Below are positions 17,403-25,601 of a stretch of 25,646 nt of DNA, piece after piece. Within the stretch, counting starts at the first letter, position 1. Every line of letters begins with the position of its first letter. The notes beneath the pieces are model-generated. The model had not been told where the DNA came from, ran no database searches, and saw only the letters and a list, made by a program, of their open reading frames with translations. Made by a program: the position numbers and the translations under genes. Origin of the DNA: an uncultured Nitrospirales bacterium. GTDB lineage: Bacteria > Hydrogenedentota > Hydrogenedentia > Hydrogenedentales > JAGMZX01. The stretch spans positions 1 to 25,646 of the forward strand of contig CAZMVU010000049.1 in assembly GCA_964569295.1 (NCBI GenBank), in the 5' to 3' direction.

Positions 17403-17779
17403 GTGGAATCCCTTCACGTTTTTTGGACACAGTACACACTCCACACCCGGCACCAGCCTAGCGCGAATGTACGCCGGCGCGCAAGCTGTCCCCGCACGCG
17501 TGTTTCCGCGAGCACTAGCGCGAAATGGCGGCCGGCGGCGGTTACCTGCCCTGGCCATCAAAACCGCCGAAGCATCACGAACCGCCACACCCGGGAAGGC
17601 GGATATATTCGAAAGCTATGGCATAGCGCCGGATACAGCGTATGAAAGCCGTACCGCCTTGCCTGCTACACGTGACACCCGCACTTTGCCCAAGAGCGTA
17701 AACGCCGCACAGCACCGCCAACGCTTCGTTTCGCATCATACCCTGGCTGCCATTTTATTGCCGCCAATGTAACCGTCTG

Positions 17780-17875
17780 TGATACTATGTAATGTGTAAA
17801 AACGCGCGGGGGTATGCCCGCGAATACTATAATGGGCGCCGTAAAAACGGGAAAGCAGCACCCCGTTTTCCGATC
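17780..17875 (+). other. candidate small RNA / terminator pair in a divergent intergenic region: extended -10 (TGaTACTAT), GC hairpin, then hairpin plus T-tract
   Basis: TGATACTAT at 17780-17788. Hairpin CGCGGG-GGTATG-CCCGCG at 17805-17822. Hairpin AAAACGGG-N10-CCCGTTTT at 17844-17869, followed by CCGATCTTT. Both hairpins have an A-tract before and a T-tract after, so either strand could terminate here. Confidence 0.25.
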
Positions 17876-18018
17876 TTTACCGGAAAAGCAATTGTTCCCA
17901 ACCGCTGAACATGCTACTATATGGCGTGCTTGGCGGCCGGAGGCTGCGCATGGCGGGCCGCACCACAACGCACACCGCAGAACATCCGCGGACTCAAAGA
18001 GACAACACTGGGACGATT

Positions 18019-18852
18019 ATGCTGCTTACAAAATACATCCCGAAAAACTGTGTGGTACCGGCGATCGAAGCAACCTCGAAGCCGGAATCCCTCAAGGAAA
18101 TGACCCACCTGCTGTTCGAGAAAAAGAAGGTGAAGGGTGTAGGCCAGGCGCTCGACCAGATCATTGCGCGCGAAACGACGGAGAGCACGGGCATTGGGCA
18201 TGGGATTGCCGTGCCCCACGCGCGCGTATCGGGCTTGAAGAATCTCATGTGCGCCGTGGGGCGCAACAATGCGGGCATCGACTTCATGGCGGTGGACAAG
18301 AAGCCGGTGCACCTTATCTTCCTCATCTGCTACCCGCCTATCATGCAGACCACGTACCTCAATTTTGTGGCCACTGTCGCCAAGCTTCTGCGCGACCCGG
18401 AACACCTCGGGCAAATGGTGAACGCCCCCGATGCCGACACCATGTTCGCGGTGCTCGAGGATCTCTCGGGGCGCCTGGTCGAGCCGGAAGGCCGGTACAA
18501 GAAGGATGATGTCGCCCAGGAACCGACGCTCCTGCAACCGGGCGATGCCCATGCCGACCTCATCCTCCTCGCGCGCTTGCAGTTGTGCCAGGAAATGCTC
18601 GACGCTGCGAAGACCGGGAAAAAGGCCATTCGCGACCGCATCGAAAACATCCGCGCCTTGGTGGCCCCGCGCATCCTCAGCCACTACGACCGGCTCATGA
18701 AGAGCCGCCCCCCCGCGCTGGTACCGGTCGAAGGCGATACCTGCCAGGGCTGCTTCATGAAACTGCCCACCCAGTTCGCCCAGCAGGTCCGCCAGGATAC
18801 CGACCACATCCACACCTGCAACAATTGCAGACGGTTCATCTACATGGTATAA
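18019..18852 (+). CDS. PTS EIIA-Ntr (PtsN)-like domain fused to a coiled-coil and C4 zinc-ribbon C-terminal domain (COG1579-like)
   Basis: ESTGIGHGIAVPHAR active-site His region and KPVHLIFLICYP. The C-terminus has CQGC-x17-CNNC, ending in RRFIYMV. An extended -10-like TGcTACTAT lies at 17912-17920. Confidence 0.7.
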   Translation: MLLTKYIPKNCVVPAIEATSKPESLKEMTHLLFEKKKVKGVGQALDQIIARETTESTGIGHGIAVPHARVSGLKNLMCAVGRNNAGIDFMAVDKKPVHLIFLICYPPIMQTTYLNFVATVAKLLRDPEHLGQMVNAPDADTMFAVLEDLSGRLVEPEGRYKKDDVAQEPTLLQPGDAHADLILLARLQLCQEMLDAAKTGKKAIRDRIENIRALVAPRILSHYDRLMKSRPPALVPVEGDTCQGCFMKLPTQFAQQVRQDTDHIHTCNNCRRFIYMV

Positions 18853-18910
18853 CAATCCCCGTGTAAACGAGGTGCCTTCACACACCATGTGGAACGGGGA
18901 GCGTTAGACC

Positions 18911-19348
18911 ATGCCGATGACCCAAGCACAATTGCAGTCACTCGTCAAGCGTGTCGACCTTTTTCATGGTCTCACTACCGCCGATGTCGACAAAATCCTG
19001 AGCCACGGCATTACCCAGAACTTCAAGAAGAACGAAGTCATCTTCTACAAGGGCACCGTGGGCAGCCAGATGTACATTGTGCTCGGCGGCAAAGTGGGGG
19101 TCTTCGATGACCGCAAGAACCTTATCGCCGAGCTGCGCACAGGCGATATGTTCGGGGAGATGGCCCTGGTGACCCACGAGCCGCGCAGCGCCAACGTGGC
19201 TGCCACTGAAGACGGTTACCTCTTCGTGCTCACCGAGAACACCTTCCAGAAATTGCTCACGAAGAAGGTCGCCATTCGGATTCTGCTCAACATGGTGACC
19301 GTGTTGAGCCGCCGCCTGAAAGAGGCCAACCTGCGCGCCTCGGGGTGA
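18911..19348 (+). CDS. stand-alone cyclic nucleotide-binding domain protein
   Basis: cNMP-binding signature GDMFGEMAL...RSANVAA in a 145-aa protein. Confidence 0.8.
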   Translation: MPMTQAQLQSLVKRVDLFHGLTTADVDKILSHGITQNFKKNEVIFYKGTVGSQMYIVLGGKVGVFDDRKNLIAELRTGDMFGEMALVTHEPRSANVAATEDGYLFVLTENTFQKLLTKKVAIRILLNMVTVLSRRLKEANLRASG

Positions 19349-19361
19349 CGGGGCGGTTTTT
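19336..19361 (+). terminator. Rho-independent terminator overlapping the stop codon (CGCCTC-N8-GGGGCG + TTTTT)
   Basis: A 6-bp stem including one G-U pair, an 8-nt loop containing the TGA, then GTTTTTAC. Confidence 0.45.
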
Positions 19362-19591
19362 ACCCAGTTCAGACGGCACGAAGAGCCGTTCCAATACAGG
19401 CCGTTTCCCAGTATGGGAAGTTTGTCCTGGATAAACATGCCCGCACCCAGGCCAGCCCTGCGTCGTCTGCCAGACGGCGGGCGCATGGCCGGGCAGCACA
19501 GGCTGAACATCTGCTGTAAAGGCCATCCCCGCTTTCCTGTGCGGCCTCGCGGCCTCGCGGCCTTGCCCTCTCGCACGCTCGCGGCTACACT

Positions 19592-20068
19592 GTGCGGATG
19601 ATGGATGTGGAATTCGACATACGCAAGCCGTTGCAGGAACTGGACCCCGACACCTGGAACCCGGAGGCGCTGGATGAAGAGTTGGGGCCGCTCGTGAAGC
19701 GGCTGGCGCACAAGCCGGTACGACGGCTGACGGCGGGGGAATTGCGGGAACTCATCACCCGGGGACTCTCGCTCGCGTGCAGCATACCGCTGGCCATCGA
19801 CAAGCTGGTGGACGAACCATTCCTCGAGGCGCAGCGCTACCCCGGCGATTTGCTGACCGCAGTGCTCGAGGCGGACACGCGGTTCTGGGCGGAACGCGAG
19901 GATTTGTGGTGGGCCATGGTCCCCGTACTCGAGCAGGCGGTCGCGGCCATCAACACGCGCATGGAGGCGGAGGAACGGGAAGACTACCTGCCGTGGCACC
20001 TGGGCGATGATTTCATGGCGGCGCTCATCCACTTTCGCGGCATACACAGGACGGACGGCGCGCAGTGA
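19592..20068 (+). CDS. hypothetical protein (158 aa, acidic, Trp-rich)
   Basis: Open frame with protein-like composition. The start is GTG at 19592 or ATG at 19598. There is a GTGA overlap with the downstream rluA-family gene. Confidence 0.45.
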   Translation: MRMMDVEFDIRKPLQELDPDTWNPEALDEELGPLVKRLAHKPVRRLTAGELRELITRGLSLACSIPLAIDKLVDEPFLEAQRYPGDLLTAVLEADTRFWAEREDLWWAMVPVLEQAVAAINTRMEAEEREDYLPWHLGDDFMAALIHFRGIHRTDGAQ

Positions 20069-21045
20069 CGGAACGGTTTGAAGCGACAGTGGACGCGGCG
20101 GGGGACGGCCTGCGGCTGGATCAGTACCTGGCGGCGATGGTCGAAGATGCTTCGCGTTCGTACCTGAAAAAGCTGGTGAAGGACGGGCATGTCTCGCTGA
20201 ATGGCGCCGTGTGCACGAAAGCGGCGCGTGCGGTGCGCGCCCACGATGTGGTCGCTGCCGAGGTCCCGCCGCCCCCCGATCTCACGCCCGAGCCGGAAGA
20301 CATGCCCCTCGACATCCTGCACGAGGACGCCGAGCTGCTGATCGTCAACAAGCCTGCCGGTCTCGTGGTGCATCCGGCGCCGGGTCACTATTCGGGTACG
20401 CTCGTGAACGCGGTGCTCCACCATTGCCCTGATTTCCAGGCGCCCGGCAGCGATCTCGTGCGCCCGGGGATTGTGCACCGCCTCGACATGTACACCTCGG
20501 GGGTCATGGTCGTGGCAAAGACGCAGCGCGCCTTTGCTCACCTCGGCGCCCAGGCGGCGGCGCATGCCTTCGACCGGCGCTATCTCGCAATCGTGCGCGG
20601 CGACTTCAAGGAGCACCACGGCCGAATCGATGCGAGCATCGGGCGAAGCACCGCCGACCGGAAGAAGATGACCGTCACCGGCATCCGCGCGAAGGAGGCC
20701 GTCACGAATTTCGAGGTGCGTGAGCGTTTCGGCATGGCCTCGCTCGTAGCGCTCAAGCTCGAAACGGGCCGCACCCACCAGATTCGCGTGCACATGCGTT
20801 TCGCCGGCCGCCCGATCCTCGGCGATCCGATCTACGGAGTGGCGGATTTCACCGGGTGGAAGGTCGGGCCAGAATTACGCGCAGCGCTCGATGCATTGCC
20901 GGGCCAGGCATTGCATGCGGAGCTGCTGGGCATCGAACACCCGGCCACCGGTGAACACCTCACCTTTACCGCCCCGCCGCCGCAGGCCTTCGTGTGTGTG
21001 CTCGAGGCCTTGCGCGCACACGCGGCCGCGGCGAGGACGCGGTAG
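20065..21045 (+). CDS. RluA-family 23S rRNA pseudouridine synthase (RluD-like, S4 domain + catalytic domain)
   Basis: S4-like N-terminus (GLRLDQYLA) and catalytic motif HRLDMYTSG. GTG start. Confidence 0.85.
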   Translation: MTERFEATVDAAGDGLRLDQYLAAMVEDASRSYLKKLVKDGHVSLNGAVCTKAARAVRAHDVVAAEVPPPPDLTPEPEDMPLDILHEDAELLIVNKPAGLVVHPAPGHYSGTLVNAVLHHCPDFQAPGSDLVRPGIVHRLDMYTSGVMVVAKTQRAFAHLGAQAAAHAFDRRYLAIVRGDFKEHHGRIDASIGRSTADRKKMTVTGIRAKEAVTNFEVRERFGMASLVALKLETGRTHQIRVHMRFAGRPILGDPIYGVADFTGWKVGPELRAALDALPGQALHAELLGIEHPATGEHLTFTAPPPQAFVCVLEALRAHAAAARTR

Positions 21046-21374
21046 GCGTGCGCCCGGCCGGTGACGGGGCCGTTTCCAGAATGCTGGACAACCTTGGCAG
21101 GTTTTCTCTACAGGGAGCAGCGACACGGCAAACCCGGCCGCGTATGAGGCAAAATAGGTATACCCTGCATTTCATTCCCCATAACATGTATAATTCCTGG
21201 GTCACCCTGGTAAAGGTGGTGTGCAGGGGCACGGCGCCCGGCCCGTCTCCGGTCCGGCGGGTTTCCCGGCAGTACCGTCTTTCCCGAACGTGCAAACCCC
21301 AGGTATAATGGGCATGCGTAGAATCGCAATACGGCCTTCCATCCACAAGGCATACGACAGGCGAGAAGGCGCAT

Positions 21375-23258
21375 ATGTTGAACGGTCTCCATAGGCGGCG
21401 TGGTGTGCAGCATCGCAACGGCAAACACATGGCCCGCCCGCATCGCTGGCGTCCTGTGCTTGCAGTGGCGGTTTTCGTGTCGTTCATGGGAGTCACCGGC
21501 GTTGCCCAGGAAACGGGCGATAACCCGGACACCGTGTACTTCTATGCGCCCCACGGGCGGCTCGAGGCGTATCGCGTGGACTCGAAGGCGTTCGTGCGCC
21601 GCGAGCCCAAGCTGCAAAAAGTCCTTACTACCCCGACAATCGCGTTCGACATCAGCTATGAAGATGAGGACGGTGTGGGCTTTTTCGACGCGCAGGACGG
21701 CCCGCAACGCAGGGCCCGTCTCGAGGATGCGCTCACCTACGTCGCCGCGGTCATCAACATGCCGGGCGATCTCGATGTGCGGGTCGACGAATCACAGAAC
21801 GAACAGAGTGGCGCGCTGGCAGCGGCAGGTACCTTCTATTCCACCGTGGCCGGCTTCACGAACGGCTCCGCCTTCGCGCGGCTCGATACCGGCCGCAAGC
21901 CGTTTTCAAATTTTCCTGAAATCACGCTCGTTGTAAATTTTGGGTACAAGTGGAACATCGAGACCCGTGCGCCCGCCGGCGATGAGTTCGACTTTCTTAC
22001 GGTGCTGGTACACGAAATCACGCATGGACTCGGCTTCGCAAGCCTGGCCAGTGAGAGCGGGGAAAGCCTTATAATGCCCGAGGACAGCGAAAACTCCGGC
22101 ATATATACCAAATTCGACGAGCTCATGGTCTACCGCACCGGCGAACGCGCGCTCTTTGGCGGTGATCCACCGGACTTCCTGGGCAGTTCGGTCGACTTGC
22201 GCAGTGACAACCTGGCCATGAGCGGTTCAGCGGCCTTCACCGAATATGACCAAGGCGTCCTGCCAGGCATCTATGCGCCCGACCCCTTTCAGCGGGGCAG
22301 CAGCCTTTCTCATTGGGACACGAATAACATTGTGGGCGGCGCTATCATGGAGCATGCCTTTGCCCCCGGCGTAGAACGGCGCTCCTATGCCCCCATAGAT
22401 ATCGGCGCGCTTATCGACCTGGGCTACACAAATGCCGCACCCGCGCCACCCCCAGGCGGGGACGACGAAGAAGAAGAACCGGAAGGCGCCGTCGATGTCA
22501 ACTCGGTGGTGCAGGTCACCGTGCGCGACAGTGCGGTCGGGGTGGCCATTACGGACGCGAGCCTGCGGCTGGACCCGACAGGCGAAACGACCAACAACAA
22601 CGACGACGGGCAATACACATTCAATGTGCTGGAAGCGGGCACATACAAAGTTTCCGCCAACGCGCCCGGCTACCGCGCCATACAATCGCCCACCTTTGAT
22701 ATTGACGGCGACACCCCCCAAGTGAATATGCCGCTTTCCATGGAGGCGTTCCCAGAGCCCGCTATCCGCGTATCGCCGGCTGGGGATTCCGACTTTGGCA
22801 CGGTAAACGTCGACAGCTCGGATGAAATCGCGTTCAGCGTGACCAATACCGGCGGCGGGCGCCTTTCCGGCACCGCCAGCGTTTCGGGCAGCGGCTTCAC
22901 GAGCATCGGCAATGACTCCTACCTGCTGGCGCAGGACACAGCGGCAGCCACAATTACGGTGCGGTTTGCACCCACGGCCGCGCAGGAGTATACCGGGACC
23001 GTCACCTTTACGGGCGGCGGCGGCGCATCCATAGGCCTCAGCGGCAGCGGTGAGGAGCCTGAACCGCCGCCGGAGGAATGCGGCACCGCGGCCCTCGACA
23101 GCGCCAATCCCCCTTGGGGGAATGTCGCCCTGCTGCTGACGGTGGCCACGCTGCTGGTTTGGGCCTCGCGGTACCACCGCGTACCACGGCGCGCCCCCGC
23201 CGCAGCGTCCGGGAAAGGGCCCCGGCCAGCCGTGGGACTCGTCCAAACCAAGCGGTGA
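21375..23258 (+). CDS. secreted HExxH zinc metalloprotease-like protein with Ig-like/Gly-rich C-terminal domains and a C-terminal hydrophobic anchor plus basic tail
   Basis: VLVHEITHGLGF zincin motif. An alternative ATG at 21429 sits just before the signal-peptide h-region. The C-terminus is ...CGTAALDSANPPWGNVALLLTVATLLVWASRYHR, like a sorting signal. Confidence 0.65.
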   Translation: MLNGLHRRRGVQHRNGKHMARPHRWRPVLAVAVFVSFMGVTGVAQETGDNPDTVYFYAPHGRLEAYRVDSKAFVRREPKLQKVLTTPTIAFDISYEDEDGVGFFDAQDGPQRRARLEDALTYVAAVINMPGDLDVRVDESQNEQSGALAAAGTFYSTVAGFTNGSAFARLDTGRKPFSNFPEITLVVNFGYKWNIETRAPAGDEFDFLTVLVHEITHGLGFASLASESGESLIMPEDSENSGIYTKFDELMVYRTGERALFGGDPPDFLGSSVDLRSDNLAMSGSAAFTEYDQGVLPGIYAPDPFQRGSSLSHWDTNNIVGGAIMEHAFAPGVERRSYAPIDIGALIDLGYTNAAPAPPPGGDDEEEEPEGAVDVNSVVQVTVRDSAVGVAITDASLRLDPTGETTNNNDDGQYTFNVLEAGTYKVSANAPGYRAIQSPTFDIDGDTPQVNMPLSMEAFPEPAIRVSPAGDSDFGTVNVDSSDEIAFSVTNTGGGRLSGTASVSGSGFTSIGNDSYLLAQDTAAATITVRFAPTAAQEYTGTVTFTGGGGASIGLSGSGEEPEPPPEECGTAALDSANPPWGNVALLLTVATLLVWASRYHRVPRRAPAAASGKGPRPAVGLVQTKR

Positions 23259-23729
23259 ATGCGCCTCTCCAGGCCCCGGCCTGCCGCCCATCAGAGACCG
23301 TGCGCTATGGGCTGGCCTGTCAATCAAGCAAAAACCCAGAAGGCAGCAGCCCCCTGCGCCCTGGAAGAACGGGGGCACCGCCGGTCCAAGTCAAACCGTT
23401 CGAGCAAGTTTCCGCTCTTGTGCCCCGCCATACAACCGGCAAGCAGCACCTGCGTCCCATGTTTCTCGGGCTTTCGGGAATACACCTATTGATTAATAAT
23501 GCGGATTTAGGGTAGACTGGATTCCGTGGTAGCGCGCAAACGGTGGGAAGTTGGAAGGAAAAACGGGAGGTATACCGAGAAAACCCCAAAAAACAACGAG
23601 AGTTTCTGCCGAGACCCGGCCTTACCGACCATTAGTTAGCATAGGGCGGCCCGCTAGTGGCGCGAGCCCCATACAAGCTGTGGCGCACACGATGGATACA
23701 AGGACCACGACGGAAAGGAGAACTCCACT

Positions 23730-24335
23730 ATGCCGAAGAAGAAAACCGCATCCAAAGGCACACGGACCGCAAGAATGGCGTCCACGCCGCTGGACAAAGT
23801 TTCGTCGCAGGCGGAAAAGCTCATGGAACGCATTTCCAATCGCGCGGATGAGGCCGCATCGAGCACGGGACGCAAGGCCTGCAAGCTCGTGCTGTCCGTC
23901 ATCGATTTCCAGAAGACAACCTTCGACAACACCTTCAAGATCATCAGCCAGCTTCAGGAGCAATCCGAGAAGATGGTCAGCACCATGGTCACCGATTCGC
24001 ACTGGGTCCCCAAGGAAGGCAAGTCGGTAGTCAAGGAGTGGGTACAGATGCTCCAGACCGGGCGCAGCGATTTCCGCAAGACCGTGGACAAAAGCTTCGA
24101 CCTGCTGACGGATTACTTCGAGCGCGTACAGAAGGAGGGGATTCCTTCTGCTACGACCGCCAAGAAGAGCACCACCAAGAAGAGCACCGCAAAGAAAAGC
24201 ACCGCAAAGAAAAGCACACCCAAAAAGTCTACCGCAAAGAAGAGCACCGCAAAGAAAAGCACACCCAAAAAGTCTACCGCAAAGAAACCGGCTGCCAAGA
24301 AGAGCACCGCCAAAAAGAAATCGACGGCGTCGTAG
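23730..24335 (+). CDS. PhaF-like protein: phasin-like helical N-terminal domain + histone H1-like (S/T)(A/P)KKS repeat tail
   Basis: AAGGAG RBS 9 nt upstream. The C-terminus is KKSTAKKSTAKKSTPKK repeated. The N-terminal 130 aa are helical and amphipathic. Confidence 0.55.
   Translation: MPKKKTASKGTRTARMASTPLDKVSSQAEKLMERISNRADEAASSTGRKACKLVLSVIDFQKTTFDNTFKIISQLQEQSEKMVSTMVTDSHWVPKEGKSVVKEWVQMLQTGRSDFRKTVDKSFDLLTDYFERVQKEGIPSATTAKKSTTKKSTAKKSTAKKSTPKKSTAKKSTAKKSTPKKSTAKKPAAKKSTAKKKSTAS
24150..24320 (+). repeat. nested coding tandem repeats: 15-bp units (TAKKS/TPKKS) organised into two near-identical 45-bp copies (24186-24230, 24231-24275)
   Basis: Read directly from the sequence. The two 45-bp copies differ by a single nucleotide. 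Confidence 0.85.
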
Positions 24336-24639
24336 AACCGCGCGGTGCAGCGGCACGTCCACAGCCAGACATCAGGGGGGCCTGCTTGATACGGCAGAGC
24401 AGGCACCTCAAGTGCCGTAAACTTCAGCAAGCATAAAGAACATCAAGAAGTTTTCGGACGAAAGCATATAAGCTGCTCGTGTACAGGGTGATACGCTACG
24501 CCCAAAATCTGAAGGCCGGCACGCGCGGCAAGCGGGCCACGTGGCGCCCGCCTTACACGGCGACACGGTCAGGCGGCCCCGCCGCAAACGCGCGCTTTTC
24601 CTAAAGTGCCCGTGTTGAAATCAGCGCCGCGAGCTGCGC

Positions 24640-24690
24640 AAAAACGCCAAAAAAACTGCGTTGACACCCGTCTCTGGAATCTGCTAGACT
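24640..24690 (+). promoter_or_regulatory. strong sigma70-like promoter with an A-tract UP element (AAAAACGCCAAAAAAACTGCG-TTGACA-N17/18-TAGACT)
   Basis: TTGACA at 24661-24666 is preceded by A-tracts. TAGACT also occurs in the putative promoter of the phasin-like gene (TTGATT-N18-TAGACT, ~23489-23518). It lies ~220 nt upstream of tRNA-Glu. Confidence 0.4.
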
Positions 24691-24910
24691 TGCGGTTCTG
24701 TGATGGCGAGGACGGAGGCGGCGAACGGAACATCCCGCGGCTGCTTCACGATACTGTAGAAGAGCGTGTGCTGTGTGTAGCGCGGCTCCAAACGTGCGGC
24801 GGTGGATGAGGCAACGGGGGATGTTCATACAAAGGTTGCAGTTTCCGCCATCATACGCGGAACGGCAACAACGTGCGCCGCCCCGAGACATGACCAAACC
24901 TATCATCCGC

Positions 24911-24988
24911 GACCCCATCGTCTAGCCTGGTCTAGGACACCGGCCTTTCACGCCGGCAACACGGGTTCAAATCCCGTTGGGGTCGCCA
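24911..24988 (+). tRNA. tRNA-Glu (anticodon UUC), CCA encoded
   Basis: Manual fold: 7-bp acceptor stem GACCCCA/TGGGGTC; U8; D stem GTCT/GGAC; anticodon stem CCGGC/GCCGG with loop CTTTCAC; T stem ACGGG/CCCGT with loop TTCAAAT; discriminator G followed by CCA. Closely resembles E. coli tRNA-Glu. Confidence 0.85.
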
Positions 24989-24999
24989 TTTTTGTATCG

Positions 25000-25410
25000 A
25001 ACCAAGTACGGGCGCCACGTTGCCGGTGGCTGCCTTTTCCCCGTGCTCCAGGAATCCCAACATCCCCTCGGCCTTGGGGCGCACGGTCACCTGCGTGCCG
25101 TCCAAGACAATGTCTTCCAACAGGATACGCAGGTAGGTCTTCCGCAGTTCCGGTTGGGCGGAGCACAGCAACTGACGGAGTGCGTGCTGTATTTGCTGTA
25201 TTCGCTCGGGCTTCGCCAGCGAGGCGGGCAAGTCGGGTGTGATTGTCCTGGAGGCGAACTCCTGCTCAAGCTCCGCCTTCTTCAACTTCAGTTCCCGGAG
25301 CCTACCCCCCGCATCCTCCGGCGACATCACCCCTGCCTCGAAGGCCTCGTAGTACCGCTCCAGAGAACGTTCAACCTCCTTCATTTTCCGCCGAAGTTCC
25401 TTGGCCGGGC
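25000..25410 (-). pseudogene. C-terminal fragment of a large serine recombinase-like protein (coiled coil + ...LRILLEDIVLDGTQVTV tail) whose ORF runs into the 3' half of tRNA-Glu
   Basis: Only the C-terminal ~125 aa look recombinase-like. The upstream 40 codons of the ORF are junk, and no catalytic N-terminal domain is present. Confidence 0.35.
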
Positions 25411-25420
25411 CTAATAATAA

Positions 25421-25601
25421 CCAAGGACAGTCACCGTTTATCTGAGACTGTTCGCAACCCGAACCGCCGCCCCTGCTCCCGCAGCAACGCCAAGTAGACG
25501 CGCCGGTCGTCATCAACGAAGAAGACATCCTGCTTGTTGTTACCCCGTTGCACCACGTGGTGTGCAGCGCCCGGTACGACTATCCGCGCGACTCTTGGCA
25601 T
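25421..25601 (-). pseudogene. truncated Y1 tyrosine transposase (IS200/RAYT, COG1943-like) N-terminal fragment, 56 codons, not in the ORF track
   Basis: Own translation of the minus strand: MPRVARIVVPGAAHHVVQRGNNKQDVFFVDDDRRVYLALLREQGRRFGL..., then a premature stop. This matches the conserved PGxxHHVxQRGNNRQ N-terminus of REP-associated tyrosine transposases. Confidence 0.5.

Noticed and set aside
23622-24362. 246-aa minus-strand ORF (LFGCAFLCGA repeats)
   Set aside because: It is antisense to the PhaF-like gene. It is the mirror translation of the KKSTA-encoding tandem repeats and has no RBS.
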